Notes under the pieces: model-generated
What the model was told of the DNA's origin: nothing
The model's input: only the letters and a program-made list of their open reading frames with translations
The model's database searches: none
Translations under genes and position numbers: made by a program
Assembly: GCF_934725225.1 (NCBI RefSeq)
Contig: NZ_CAKVAM010000007.1
Span: forward strand, 13,035 to 77,034
Direction of reading: 5' to 3'
DNA: 64,000 nucleotides
From: an uncultured Treponema sp.
GTDB lineage: Bacteria; Spirochaetota; Spirochaetia; Treponematales; Treponemataceae
In this document: piece after piece, positions 19,779 through 32,103 of the stretch
How the letters are laid out: every line of letters starts with the position of its first letter
How positions within the stretch are numbered: the stretch's first letter is position 1

Positions 19779-20180
19779 TTATGCTGAAACTGAAACAACT
19801 GCGCCTGCTTCCGGCATAAGACCTGCAAGTCCGTAAGCTGCTTGTCCTTGTGCGCTACTAGCGGCAATTGCAGTTTTAATTTGCTGCTGGTAGCTTTTTA
19901 TAAGCTCGTCTTTTTGTTCTTCGGAAAGTCCTGTGGCTTCTTCTTCGGAAAGGGCTGGCTTTTGCTTCATGGAAACAAGCTGTGAAATCAGTGTGTTTAA
20001 AATGCGCAGGCGGTTTATTGGAACTCCGCGCTGTCCGTGTTCGGTTGCAGTTCCATGTACGTAGTCAAATTGAGAATATATAACCGCGCTAGGCTTTACT
20101 GGAACACAGAGCGAGCCTGAAGAAGTAGAGAAAAGAGTTCTATAAGATGCCGCGTTTAGGCTGATTCCGTTTGAATACAT
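19779..20180 (-). CDS. Hypothetical protein, probably sigma28-regulated
   Basis: 133-aa ORF with GAGGG SD and an upstream sigma28-like promoter. Confidence 0.7.
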   Translation of the reverse strand: MYSNGISLNAASYRTLFSTSSGSLCVPVKPSAVIYSQFDYVHGTATEHGQRGVPINRLRILNTLISQLVSMKQKPALSEEEATGLSEEQKDELIKSYQQQIKTAIAASSAQGQAAYGLAGLMPEAGAVVSVSA

Positions 20181-20228
20181 AAGTCTACCCTCAGTTTAGT
20201 GCAAGCAATTTTCTTTACACTATCTTAT

Positions 20229-20255
20229 GTATCGGAATTTAAAATAAAAAGTTTA
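20229..20255 (-). promoter_or_regulatory. sigma28 (FliA)-type promoter
   Basis: Minus strand reads TAAA-N15-TCCGATAC against the consensus TAAA-N15-GCCGATAA. Confidence 0.65.
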
Positions 20256-20269
20256 GCCGGCTTTTGCTG

Positions 20270-21535
20270 TTAGTAGAACTGCTTTGTCCATTCAGCAATT
20301 CGTTCTTCAAGCGACTGAACTGCGCCTGAATTTTCTGTTTTTGTGCTGTCTTTTAAATACGGAATTATTACGTTTGATTTTAAGCTGTTCCATCTATACG
20401 GAAGAATATTCGGCAATGTTATAAATTGTTCCGGCGGCATATTTCCCAAAAGATGTCTGTAGAATGCCGGGTAAAATTTTTCGTTTACTTCGCGCAATGT
20501 AGAAAATCCGCCTGCGATTCCAAAATTTACGGTGTCCAGCTTCATTTTTTCCGTGCGCTCAATTAAAAGCTTTTGAGTTTCAATTTTCATAAACCAAGAA
20601 ATAAATTCTTCGGCTTGCGCCGAATGCTCGGATTTTTTGTAAAGCCCGATGCTTAAAATATTGTCTTCAACTGGAATTTTATTGTCCTGCTCAATCCACC
20701 TGAATGAAAGATCTGTAATCTGCGCATCCGTGAGTGTAAAAAGCTTGTCGCTGGTTGTGTGCGAAAAAAGGCAACGTGTTGTGGCAATTTGCTTGTAGCC
20801 CGGCATATAAAGGTAGCGGAACTGAAAGTTTTGCTCTGCGGAAGTGCTGGAATTGCGTGCGATTGTCCACTGGCGCATTTCGGAAATTGAAGTTTCCATC
20901 GCTTTTTCGTTCCATATAAAGCTTGTTCCTTTTTCGTGGTAGGCTGCTCCGTAAAGTTTTGTTACAAGATACATAAAGTCTGTGTCCCAGGAAGGCGCGT
21001 ATCCCATCGCTGTATATGTTCCGTTTTTATTTTTTTTGTTGAATGCTGCTGAAAAAGTCCTTATCTGCTCAAGATTTAAAAAATGCTCTGACTCTACAAA
21101 GCTTTCATTTTTTTTGCTGAAAATCATTGCGGGCAAATTAAAACTTATTGGAATAAGATATTGCTTGTCGTTTATTTGTCCGTATTCAAGAAACTGCTTG
21201 TAAAACAAAGTGCGGTTCAGGCTTTTTTCTTGAAAAAGATAATCCAGCGGCTGAAAATATTTTCGTGTTGCGGAATTTTTAAGCCAAGAGCCTACAACCA
21301 AATCCGGGGTAAGCTCGTCTTTTGCAGGCGGAAGTGAACGCGCCGCTTCCTCTTTGTAGACTGCAAATGCGCTTATGTTTTCGTGCGTGGCGTTAAAAAG
21401 TTCAACGTAAGAAACAATTTCCGCATTGTCTGTCCAGATAATCAACGGCTTGCTTCCCGAATTTTTACAGGAGGCAAGCAAAAGAGAAATCAGCGCGGTT
21501 ATAATTGCAAGAAATTTTTTATTTTCCAAGTTCAT
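20270..21535 (-). CDS. Extracellular solute-binding lipoprotein (SBP family 1)
   Basis: Start MNLENKK overlaps the upstream stop; lipobox LLASC; QYLIPISFNLP motif. Confidence 0.75.
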   Translation of the reverse strand: MNLENKKFLAIITALISLLLASCKNSGSKPLIIWTDNAEIVSYVELFNATHENISAFAVYKEEAARSLPPAKDELTPDLVVGSWLKNSATRKYFQPLDYLFQEKSLNRTLFYKQFLEYGQINDKQYLIPISFNLPAMIFSKKNESFVESEHFLNLEQIRTFSAAFNKKNKNGTYTAMGYAPSWDTDFMYLVTKLYGAAYHEKGTSFIWNEKAMETSISEMRQWTIARNSSTSAEQNFQFRYLYMPGYKQIATTRCLFSHTTSDKLFTLTDAQITDLSFRWIEQDNKIPVEDNILSIGLYKKSEHSAQAEEFISWFMKIETQKLLIERTEKMKLDTVNFGIAGGFSTLREVNEKFYPAFYRHLLGNMPPEQFITLPNILPYRWNSLKSNVIIPYLKDSTKTENSGAVQSLEERIAEWTKQFY

Positions 21536-22811
21536 CCGCAACGTCGTAAATCGCCTGATAAACAATGTTGATTTTTTCTTCATCAAGGCTTGAGAAGGCA
21601 ACTCTTAAAGTTTTTGCGTCTATGGAAATTGTTCCGATTCCGCGGTCGTTTAAAAGTTTCTGCCTTAATTTTTCTGCGTCAATGCTCATTGTGTCAAAAG
21701 ACATAAAGTAGCCTGAATTGAATGGAAGCGGCTTTATAAATTTGCTTTCGTGTGTGGAAACAAATTCGCGCACAAGTTTATAACGGCGTTCAAGAATTTT
21801 GCGGAATTCAGCTTTTTCTTCTTCGAGTTTTCCGTCTGATGCCGCTTTTAAAATCAGCGACTGAGATGGAGTTGCCGCGCATGAAACTGACGAGCGGATT
21901 GCAGCCATGAGTTTTTTTACAAGAGCTTCGTATTGCGCGTCAGAAAGTCCTTTGCAGCCAAAAGTTATAAATCCAGTTCTGAATCCCCAGGCAAAATCTT
22001 CTTTTGTAGGTCCGTCGATTTTTGCGGCAAGAACATTTTCGTGCAGGTCGCAAAGATATGCAAATAGCGACTGTTTTTCTATATCGTCTTCATAGTTCAG
22101 TCCGAAGTACGCATCATCGCACCAAACCATTACTTTTGCGCCTTTTTCCGCAATTTCCTTTACAATTGAAACAAGCTGTTTTGCTTCGTCGGAAGTCGGG
22201 CTGTAGCCTGAAGGGTTCTGCGGAAAATTCAAAAGAATGCGGACAGAGCCAGATTCAGCCTGTTTTTGCATAGTTTCTTTCAATCCTTCAATGTTGAATT
22301 TTCCATCCTTGAACATCTTGAACTGAACGAATTTTGCGTTTCGTCTTGCTTCGGCAATAAGAACGTAATTGTCCCAAGACGGATCTGCTGCAACAAGCGG
22401 CTTTGTTTCATCAAGGAAAAGGTCTGCAAGGTAGGAAATTCCCGCTGTAAGGCCAGGAACAACAACCGGCAATGAGAATTTTTTATCTTTTAAAAGCGGA
22501 TTTTTGCGGATAATTGATTCTTTCCACATTGCACGCAAATCCGGATTTCCTGCTGTCGGCGCATATCCTACAAGTTCTGAAGAAGTTAAGTCCGGCACAT
22601 ATTTTTTTATAGAAGGAAGCATAATAGGTTTGCCTTCAACAACTGTGGTTCCGATTGTTCCGTTTGCAGTTTTACCAAGTTTTTTGGCTTCTGCGCTTTG
22701 TGCGATTATTCCCTTTGGAAAGTAAAGTCTTGTTCCAACATCAGAAAGCAGCTCGCCTGGCGTTGTGCCTTTGAGCGCGTCATTTAATTCTTGTGCTAAT
22801 GGGTTTATCAT
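21519..22811 (-). CDS. Class I/II aminotransferase
   Basis: NFPQNPSG, DDAY and PLP-lysine region GPTKEDFAWGFRTG. Confidence 0.9.
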   Translation of the reverse strand: MINPLAQELNDALKGTTPGELLSDVGTRLYFPKGIIAQSAEAKKLGKTANGTIGTTVVEGKPIMLPSIKKYVPDLTSSELVGYAPTAGNPDLRAMWKESIIRKNPLLKDKKFSLPVVVPGLTAGISYLADLFLDETKPLVAADPSWDNYVLIAEARRNAKFVQFKMFKDGKFNIEGLKETMQKQAESGSVRILLNFPQNPSGYSPTSDEAKQLVSIVKEIAEKGAKVMVWCDDAYFGLNYEDDIEKQSLFAYLCDLHENVLAAKIDGPTKEDFAWGFRTGFITFGCKGLSDAQYEALVKKLMAAIRSSVSCAATPSQSLILKAASDGKLEEEKAEFRKILERRYKLVREFVSTHESKFIKPLPFNSGYFMSFDTMSIDAEKLRQKLLNDRGIGTISIDAKTLRVAFSSLDEEKINIVYQAIYDVADELGK

Positions 22812-23068
22812 GATTGCAAATTATAGCTTTTTTGCCTGTTTGTTTCAATAATTTTGAGTTGCAGGATAAATGTAGAGTTTTGTATTTTGATATGTCATTA
22901 TCGGACTTGATCCGATAATCTTATGTTACAAATTTTGCTAGATTCCTTGATCAAGTTAGGGAATGACAAGTGTCGTGGCACAAAAATGAAGGTTCTTGAA
23001 AATCTTTTGAATTTAACTTGAAAAATTTAATAGATTTTATTATATTTAAAGAAATTAGCAATAGCTAA

Positions 23069-24385
<1,317 letters not shown>

Positions 24386-24818
24386 CTGGAATGTCATTGT
24401 TGGGCTTGGCTTGATAATGAAATAAAAGATTCCCCGATTAGTCGGGGAATGACAAAGTGTCATGCATGGGAATGACAAAACTAATTTTTATACAATAGGG
24501 TTCAACCTCGAGACCTTTGTAGAATATGCTCCGGGAAAAGGAATGTAAGCCTCCTTGCCCGGAGTTTTTTGTTTCAGGGAATATTTTGCGTTTTTCCATT
24601 CTGCATTTTTCTTACAACAAAAAAATCCTAATAGTTTTCTTTTATTTTTTATAGATTTATTCAAAAAATCACATAAATTAACAAAATAATCAAGAAAATC
24701 GGGAATTCAGAAAACGTTTCATATTGTATACTTTAATCAAGTTAGAAAGTAACGGAACATTTTTGGAGTTCTGTTAACTAAAAAAAATAAGATATGCATT
24801 TTTAAGGAGGTTTATCTT

Positions 24819-25883
24819 ATGAAAAAAATTATCGCTGTTCTTTTGGCTTGCGCGCTCGTGCTTCCATGTTTCGCAGCAAAAAAGAAAGGAACAAAAGTAG
24901 GTGTTTCTATGCCTACAAAAGACTTGCAGAGATGGAACCAGGACGGAGCAAACATGAAGGCTCAGCTGGAAAAAGCAGGCTATGTTGTTGACTTGCAGTA
25001 TGCTAACAATGACATTGCAACTCAGGTTTCCCAGATTGAAAACATGATTACTGGAAAATGCAACGTTCTTGTTGTTGCTTCTATCGATGGTTCAGCTCTT
25101 AAAAACGCGCTTGACGGTGCAAAGAAAAAGAGAATTCCGGTTATTGCTTATGACCGCTTGATTATGAACACAAATTCAGTTTCTTACTATGCGACATTCG
25201 ACAACTACAAAGTAGGAACAATTCAGGGTGAATATCTTGTTGACAAGCTGAATCTTAAGAACCGCACAAAATCTGATCCTGCTTACATCGAATTCTTCAC
25301 AGGTTCTCCAGATGACAACAACATCAACTTCTTCTTCGGCGGAGCAATGGACACACTCAAGCCTTACCTTGACAGCGGAGTTCTCGTTTGCCGTTCAGGA
25401 CAGACTTCAAAAGCACAGTGCGCAACTTTGAACTGGTCTACAGAAGAAGGACAGAAACGCATGGAAAACCTTATCACTTCAAACGGATACGGTCCACGCG
25501 GAACAAAACTTGACGCTGTTTATTCTTCAAACGACTCTGTTGCAATGGGAATCACAAACGCTCTTGTTGCGGCTGGCTACACAAAGGCAAACTTCCCGAT
25601 TGTTACTGGACAGGACTGCGACATTGGTTCTGTAAAGAACATGCTCAAGGGAACTCAGGCAATGTCTGTATTCAAGGACACTCGCACTTTGGCAGAAAAA
25701 GTTGTTGGAATGGTTGACGCTCTTCTTCAGGGAACAAAACCAGAAATCAACGACACAAAGACTTACGACAATGGAAAAGGAATCGTTCCTTCATACCTTT
25801 GTGATCCAGTTTATGCTGATGTTTCAAACTACAAGGCTCTCCTTGTTGATTCTGGATACTACACAGAAGCTCAGCTTAAATAG
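24819..25883 (+). CDS. chvE: Multiple-monosaccharide ABC transporter binding protein
   Basis: MPTKDLQRW, YYATFDN, GSPDDNN, TGQD and FKDTR motifs. Confidence 0.9.
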   Translation: MKKIIAVLLACALVLPCFAAKKKGTKVGVSMPTKDLQRWNQDGANMKAQLEKAGYVVDLQYANNDIATQVSQIENMITGKCNVLVVASIDGSALKNALDGAKKKRIPVIAYDRLIMNTNSVSYYATFDNYKVGTIQGEYLVDKLNLKNRTKSDPAYIEFFTGSPDDNNINFFFGGAMDTLKPYLDSGVLVCRSGQTSKAQCATLNWSTEEGQKRMENLITSNGYGPRGTKLDAVYSSNDSVAMGITNALVAAGYTKANFPIVTGQDCDIGSVKNMLKGTQAMSVFKDTRTLAEKVVGMVDALLQGTKPEINDTKTYDNGKGIVPSYLCDPVYADVSNYKALLVDSGYYTEAQLK

Positions 25884-25964
25884 CAAAAGCTAAAATGGTC
25901 AAGGCGGGGTCAAAAGCCCCGTCTTTTTTAGAAGTTTATAATCGGCTTAAAATAGGAGATTCCA

Positions 25965-27497
25965 ATGGCAAAAGCATTATTGGAAATGCGGAATATTACA
26001 AAAGAGTTTCCTGGCGTCAAAGCTCTGAACAACGTTACGCTTTCTGTGGAAGAAGGCGAGATTCATGCTCTCTGCGGCGAAAACGGAGCTGGAAAGTCTA
26101 CTCTTATGAATGTTTTAAGCGGCATTTACGGATACGGCTCTTATTCCGGCGATATTATCTATGACGGCAAACTCTGCAAATTCCAGACAATAAAAGACAG
26201 CGAATCGCTGGGCATTGTAATTATTCATCAGGAGCTGGCTCTTGTTCCTCTTCTGACGATTGCAGAAAATATGTTCCTTGGAAATGAGCGCGGCTCAAAA
26301 TTCAAGGTTGACTGGGCAGAAACATTCGACAAGGCTGATTCCCTTCTTGCGGAAGTTGGTCTTAAAGAATCATCACATACACTTATAAAGGACATTGGCG
26401 TTGGCAAGCAGCAGCTTGTAGAAATTGCCAAGGCACTTGGAAAAAAAGTTCGGCTTTTGATTTTGGACGAGCCAACTGCTTCCTTGAACGAAAACGAATC
26501 CAAGCATCTTTTGGATTTGCTCCTTGAATTCAAAAAGCAGGGAATGACTTCAATTATTATTTCCCACAAGCTGAATGAAATTTCTTATGTTGCTGACAAA
26601 ATTACAGTTATCCGCGACGGCGCTGTAATAAAAACGCTCGACAAGAGCAAAGACGATTTTTCAGAGAATACAATTATTGCGGCGATGGTTGGCCGTGATA
26701 TTACAGATAGATTTCCTAAGCGCGCTTCAAAAGTTGGAGATGTCTGCTTTGAAGTCAAGAACTGGTGCGTGGACCATCCTGTTTTCGATGGAATCAAGGT
26801 TTGCGACAATGTGAATTTCAACTTGCGCAAAGGCGAGGTTCTTGGAATTTCGGGGCTTATGGGAGCCGGACGCACGGAACTTGCAATGAGCATCTTTGGA
26901 CATTCCTATGGCGCGAATATTTCCGGGCAGATTTTTCTCAACGGAAAAGAAATTGATCTTCCGAATGTAAAGTCGGCAATCAACCACAAGATTGCTTATG
27001 TAACAGAAGACCGCAAAGGCAACGGACTTATTCTTTCGGAAACAATCACGCAGAACACAGTTTCAGCAAAGCCGGAAAAAGTTTCTAAGCACGGAATCTA
27101 CAACTTTGACGAATGCAGACGCGTTGCCCAGAATTCAGCAAAGGAAATGCGTACAAAATGCGCAACTGTAGATGAAGCTGTAGGAAATCTTTCGGGCGGA
27201 AATATGCAGAAAGTTCTTCTTGGAAAATGGCTTTTTGCCGACCCGGATATTCTGATTCTTGATGAGCCGACACGCGGAATCGATGTTGGCGCAAAGTACG
27301 AGATTTACTGCATTATAAACCGTATGGTTGCAGAAGGAAAATCAGTAATTTTGATTTCCTCTGAAATGCCGGAAGTACTTGGAATGAGCGACCGCATTTA
27401 TGTTATGAATGAAGGCCGCATGATTGCAGAAATGGACGCTAAGGATGCAAGCCAGGAAAAAATCATGTCATGCATCATCAGCTCGGAAAATAAATAG
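25965..27497 (+). CDS. gguA: Multiple-monosaccharide ABC transporter ATP-binding protein
   Basis: Two ABC domains; GENGAGKST and [11 protein letters not shown] motifs. Confidence 0.9.
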   Translation: MAKALLEMRNITKEFPGVKALNNVTLSVEEGEIHALCGENGAGKSTLMNVLSGIYGYGSYSGDIIYDGKLCKFQTIKDSESLGIVIIHQELALVPLLTIAENMFLGNERGSKFKVDWAETFDKADSLLAEVGLKESSHTLIKDIGVGKQQLVEIAKALGKKVRLLILDEPTASLNENESKHLLDLLLEFKKQGMTSIIISHKLNEISYVADKITVIRDGAVIKTLDKSKDDFSENTIIAAMVGRDITDRFPKRASKVGDVCFEVKNWCVDHPVFDGIKVCDNVNFNLRKGEVLGISGLMGAGRTELAMSIFGHSYGANISGQIFLNGKEIDLPNVKSAINHKIAYVTEDRKGNGLILSETITQNTVSAKPEKVSKHGIYNFDECRRVAQNSAKEMRTKCATVDEAVGNLSGGNMQKVLLGKWLFADPDILILDEPTRGIDVGAKYEIYCIINRMVAEGKSVILISSEMPEVLGMSDRIYVMNEGRMIAEMDAKDASQEKIMSCIISSENK

Positions 27498-27521
27498 CCA
27501 AACTTTATTAGGAGTGTAAAT

Positions 27522-28772
27522 ATGGCAGTTAACACAAACAGCTTAAAGAAAATGCTTAAGGGCAACACGATGATTTTTATTCTTCTGGCAGTCATGCTGT
27601 TTTTTCAGGCTTTGATTGTTGGATTCGGAAAAGGCTCGCTTTTTGCTCCGGAAAATATTACAAACCTTATAAACCAGAACGCCTGGGTTGTAATTCTTGC
27701 AACTGGTATGCTTCTGTGTATTCTTACCGGCGGAAACATTGACCTTTCTGTTGGTTCTGTAATTTGTCTTGTTGGTGCAGTTGCAGGAATTTTAATTGTA
27801 AACCTTGGCTGGCCAGTTATTCCTTCAATTATTGTATGTCTTATTGTCGGAACAGCAATCGGCGCATGGCACGGATTTTTTATTGCCTATGTGCATATTC
27901 CGCCGTTTATCTGCACTTTGTCTGGAATGCTTTTGTGGCGCGGAGTTGCCTTGATTCTTCTTGGCGGAATGACAATTTCTCCGTTCCCTTCAACGTTCAT
28001 GAACATCTTCAACAGCTATCTTCCGGACCTTGCGCTTGAGCAGGCTACAGACGAGCTTTTTGAAGCTTCAGAAGATGCCTATTATGCTCTTGTTGACAAG
28101 AATGCCCAGATTACTTTGATTGTAACTTTGATTATTGCCGTTATCTGCTGCTTTGTTACTGTTGCTTCCGCAGTTTATAGCCGCGCTTCAAAAAAGAGAA
28201 AGGGATATTCTGTGTCTTCTGCAGGCTCATTTATCGGAAAGCAGGTTGTTTTGTGTGCTGTGATTATGCTTGTTGGCTGGCTTCTTGCCCAGGACAAAGG
28301 ACTTCCGCTTATTCTTGTGATTCTTGCGGTTATTGTCGGAATCTATTCTTACTACACACAAAATACAGTTCCTGGCCGCTATCTTTATGCAATCGGCGGA
28401 AACGAAAAAGCTGCCCGTCTTTCCGGTGTAAACACAGACAACGTTATGTTCTTTGCTTACACAAACATGGGATTCATTGCTGCTGTTGCCGGACTTGTCT
28501 GCGCCGCTCGATTGAACTCTGCCGCTCCTACAGTTGGAACAAGCTATGAAATGGATGCGATTGCGTCATGCTTTATCGGTGGAGCTTCTGCTTACGGCGG
28601 AACAGGAACTGTTGGCGGTGCTGTAATCGGTGCTGTCTTTATGGGAATCCTTAATAACGGTATGTCAATCCTTGGTGTTGATGCTAACTGGCAGCGCGCG
28701 GTAAAAGGTCTTGTTCTTTTGCTTGCTGTAATCTTTGATGTTGTTTCAAAGAAAAGAAGCAGCTCAAAATAA
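27522..28772 (+). CDS. gguB: Multiple-monosaccharide ABC transporter permease
   Basis: IDLSVGS, YAIGGNEKAA and EMDAIASCFIGG motifs. Confidence 0.88.
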   Translation: MAVNTNSLKKMLKGNTMIFILLAVMLFFQALIVGFGKGSLFAPENITNLINQNAWVVILATGMLLCILTGGNIDLSVGSVICLVGAVAGILIVNLGWPVIPSIIVCLIVGTAIGAWHGFFIAYVHIPPFICTLSGMLLWRGVALILLGGMTISPFPSTFMNIFNSYLPDLALEQATDELFEASEDAYYALVDKNAQITLIVTLIIAVICCFVTVASAVYSRASKKRKGYSVSSAGSFIGKQVVLCAVIMLVGWLLAQDKGLPLILVILAVIVGIYSYYTQNTVPGRYLYAIGGNEKAARLSGVNTDNVMFFAYTNMGFIAAVAGLVCAARLNSAAPTVGTSYEMDAIASCFIGGASAYGGTGTVGGAVIGAVFMGILNNGMSILGVDANWQRAVKGLVLLLAVIFDVVSKKRSSSK

Positions 28773-28978
28773 GTTAATTCTTATTCATTTTTTCCTCCTT
28801 TCATTTTGCCCGGTGTCCAAAAAGATGCCGGGTGTTTTTATATTGAAGCTTTAACGCTGATTTCACTTTGAATTGATGTATTTAAAAAAGACTTGGAATG
28901 TTGTATAATACACGCACAGAATTTCCTCAAAAGAACTTAAGTTTTTAGAGGTTTCAATTAATTTTAACGAGGTTTGTC

Positions 28979-29836
28979 ATGGGCGATATTACCCGCAGAA
29001 TCACAAGAAAATCCTTAAAGGCAAAAAGAAAAGCAGCCATAAAAACTATAAAGGCGCAGGCAAAGGAAAAAATCCATCAGATAAAAGTTGACTATTCTAT
29101 GGATGCAGAAAAGAAAAAGGAAAAGGCGGCTGAACGAGAGCGCAAGCGTGAGCTTAGAGCGCAAAAAGCAAACGCCCGCTTGTCTTACAATGCACGTCAG
29201 CCGCGTCCATTTACACTTGGCGAAGATGTCCTTAGTTCAATTGCAAACGGAATCGGAGCAGGGCTTAGTGTTTCGGCTATTGTTCTTCTGGTTATCCGCG
29301 CGTATTTTTATGCTCCGGCTGCGCAGAAAAGCACTTATATTTCAACATTCGCGGTGTTCGGCTCAAGCCTTTTTGTGCTTCATCTTATGGCGACGCTTTA
29401 CCATGCGATTTCACCTTCAAAGGCAAAAAAAGTATTTTCTATTTTTAACCATTGCGCGATTTATCTTTTTATAGGCGGAATCTTTACACCTTTGTTGCTT
29501 ACCAAAATGTCTGGACCTGCCACAACTGCCTGCGCTGTTCTTTGGGGAATTCTTGCGTTCCTTTTGGTTTTGTACGCGGTGTTCGGCGCAAGGCTTCATT
29601 CGTTTTCTGTTTTTACATACATAGTTTTTGCGGCGATTCTTGTGGGTCTTGCAGCCTCTGGAGCTGTTGCATTAAATTTTTCAAGCAAAGTATTTTTGTT
29701 TGCAGGAGCGGCCGCTTACGGAATAAGCTTTGCATTCTTTATGATGCGGAATTTCAAATGGACTCACAGCATCTTCCATCTGTTTGCGATTGGAGCCGCG
29801 GTTCTGGTTTTCTTTGGAATTTATAACCTTATATAA
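28979..29836 (+). CDS. Hemolysin III / PAQR-family membrane protein with basic N-terminal extension
   Basis: ATLYH, NHCAIYLFIGG and HSIFHLF motifs. Confidence 0.85.
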   Translation: MGDITRRITRKSLKAKRKAAIKTIKAQAKEKIHQIKVDYSMDAEKKKEKAAERERKRELRAQKANARLSYNARQPRPFTLGEDVLSSIANGIGAGLSVSAIVLLVIRAYFYAPAAQKSTYISTFAVFGSSLFVLHLMATLYHAISPSKAKKVFSIFNHCAIYLFIGGIFTPLLLTKMSGPATTACAVLWGILAFLLVLYAVFGARLHSFSVFTYIVFAAILVGLAASGAVALNFSSKVFLFAGAAAYGISFAFFMMRNFKWTHSIFHLFAIGAAVLVFFGIYNLI

Positions 29837-30032
29837 ACTGAAATTCTTTGATAAAAATATCAGTTTAAGTGTCATTCAATAAATCGGAATGTCATTGTCA
29901 TACTTGGTACAACAATCTTTGAATTTGGATACTTTCGCTATTGCAGAGGATTATCCAGTCAAGCTGGATAATGACAGTAAAATATAAAACTAGAAATAGA
30001 ATCCCCGGCTGTTTTTGCAACCGGGGAATTTT

Positions 30033-30245
30033 TTAATAATGCGGCGGCTTTCTGTTTGGAATGTCGCCTTCAAGAATGTCAGAAACTTCATGTAGCTTCT
30101 GAGACAAAAGTTTGTTTTCAGTTCTGAGCCGCTCGATTGTTTCTGTATGCTCAACAGAAACCGCCTGAAGCTGGTTTACAAAGTCTTCCATATAGGCAAG
30201 CTTTGTTTCAAGGCTGATTATTTTTTCTTCAATTTCTTTTTCCAT
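30033..30245 (-). CDS. slyX: SlyX-family protein
   Basis: LETKLAYME coiled coil and C-terminal PPHY. Confidence 0.9.
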   Translation of the reverse strand: MEKEIEEKIISLETKLAYMEDFVNQLQAVSVEHTETIERLRTENKLLSQKLHEVSDILEGDIPNRKPPHY

Positions 30246-30250
30246 TTGAA

Positions 30251-31783
30251 CTATTCCAAATCGTATGTTTCGCCGTACTTTACAATTTCAACATTCGGAA
30301 ATCCGTTTTCTGCAAGATAGCCTTTAAGATGTGCCTGCGCATCTTTTTCTCCATGCACAAGGAAAATCTTTTTGAGCCTGCTTGTGTCTATGAGCTTGAG
30401 CCATTCGGTGCTTTCCTTATAGTCGGCGTGCGCGCTAAACGAGTCAATTTGCTTTATCTGAGCGTTCACTTTGTACCAGTCGCCAAGAATCTTCACTTCT
30501 TTTTCGCCCTCAAGAATTCTGCGTCCCAAAGTATGCTCGGACATATAGCCTACAATCAGAATTATGTTGTTCGGATTTGAAATATTGTTCGCCAAGTGGT
30601 AAAGAATGCGTCCGGCTTCGCACATTCCGTCTGCGCTCAAAATTATCATCGGACCGCTTTTCTTGTTCAGCTCCTTGGATTCATCGACGCTCGTAATGAA
30701 CTGAAGCGAGTTGAAGCCGAACGGATTTTTGTGGTGCGCAAGGAACGCTTCCTGTGTTGCCGCATCGTAGCACTCCTGATGAAGCTGATAAATTCCGGTT
30801 GCGTTTACCGCCATAGGACTGTCCATGTAAATAGGAATCTGCGGAATTCTTTTTTGGTCAACTAAAAGATGAAGATAATAGACAATTTCCTGCGCGCGCT
30901 CGATTGCAAATGTTGGAATGATTATTTTTCCCTTTGAGTCGATTGCCTGGCGCACAACTTTTTCAAGCTCGTACATTGTGCTTGAAGTTTCCGCATGAAG
31001 CCTGTTGCCATAAGTGCTTTCCATGAAGATATAGTCAGGAGCGGGCATATTTGTTGCCGGGTCTTTTATGATTGGCTTGTTCCGTCTTCCCAAGTCTCCA
31101 GTGTAAAGAACTCTAAGCTCGTTTTCTCCGTCTGCGTTTTGAGATGGTTCATTTTTTAAAGAAAGTCTTGCGCCGAACAGCTTGTGCCAAAGTTTTGGTT
31201 TTATGCCGCTTCCTGTGGTTGCTTTTGTTCCCTGCTGATTTTTTCTTTGCCCGGTAATTGTAAAGTAGGCGAGGGAGCTTCCAAGAATGTGCCCTGCATC
31301 AAAAAATTCAAGCTGAACGTCCGGGGCAATGTACATTTTGCGGTTGTAGCCCAGCGTAACAATCTGATTTGCCGCCTTTACGCAGTCCGCTTCGTTATAC
31401 AGAGGCTTCCAGGTAAAAGCTTCGCCTTTCTTTTTTGCCTGCTTTGCAAGAAATTCCGCGTCTCGAGCTTGAATGCGCGCGCTGTCCATCATAACGATGT
31501 TTGCAAGATCCCGTGTTGCCGGAGTTGCGTAAATTGTTCCGTCGTATCCGTTTTTCATAAGAACCGGAAGAAGCCCGCAGTGGTCATAATGCGCATGGGT
31601 CAAAACAACGCTTTCAACTTTATCCGCCGGAAAACTGAATTCCCTGTTCTTTTTATCTGATTCCGCTCTCCGCCCCTGAAAAGCTCCGCAGTCTACCATT
31701 ATGCTGCGTCCGTCAATTTCAAGTATATGCCGGCTTCCTGTAACTTCTTCTGCCGCTCCAAGTGAATATGCTGTAACTGCCAT
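30251..31783 (-). CDS. MBL-fold beta-CASP ribonuclease
   Basis: EVTGS, THAHYDH, AGHILGS, ESTYG, SAHAD and VHGE motifs. Confidence 0.93.
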   Translation of the reverse strand: MAVTAYSLGAAEEVTGSRHILEIDGRSIMVDCGAFQGRRAESDKKNREFSFPADKVESVVLTHAHYDHCGLLPVLMKNGYDGTIYATPATRDLANIVMMDSARIQARDAEFLAKQAKKKGEAFTWKPLYNEADCVKAANQIVTLGYNRKMYIAPDVQLEFFDAGHILGSSLAYFTITGQRKNQQGTKATTGSGIKPKLWHKLFGARLSLKNEPSQNADGENELRVLYTGDLGRRNKPIIKDPATNMPAPDYIFMESTYGNRLHAETSSTMYELEKVVRQAIDSKGKIIIPTFAIERAQEIVYYLHLLVDQKRIPQIPIYMDSPMAVNATGIYQLHQECYDAATQEAFLAHHKNPFGFNSLQFITSVDESKELNKKSGPMIILSADGMCEAGRILYHLANNISNPNNIILIVGYMSEHTLGRRILEGEKEVKILGDWYKVNAQIKQIDSFSAHADYKESTEWLKLIDTSRLKKIFLVHGEKDAQAHLKGYLAENGFPNVEIVKYGETYDLE

Positions 31784-31985
31784 AAAAGCCTCCTGATGTA
31801 ATGCTAAAAAACTGCCTGTCTTTAATTATAAACCTGATTTGCGATTTTCTCAATTTTTTTCTTTTATGTTGAAAGACTTGCTAGATTACCATTGCAGGAA
31901 AATGCAGAACAAAAAAAAGGTAGCAGACACTAAAACGATTGTCTCTATCAAGTCTTGATTTTTAACCAATTAAATTAATTTCAGC

Positions 31986-32095
31986 TCGTTTTTAGCTTGA
32001 AAATGACTTGTTTTTCCAAAAGAAACATTTTGTTTTTTCCCAAAAAACACTTTGTTTTAAAGTAAAAAATATTGTGTTTTAACTCAGAAAACATT
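31986..32095. repeat. Degenerate 22-bp-period palindromic array (~5 units)
   Basis: Units start at 31986, 32008, 32030, 32052 and 32074, with form TTGTTTT...AAAACAYT. Confidence 0.6.
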
Positions 32096-32103
32096 TCATT
32101 AGC

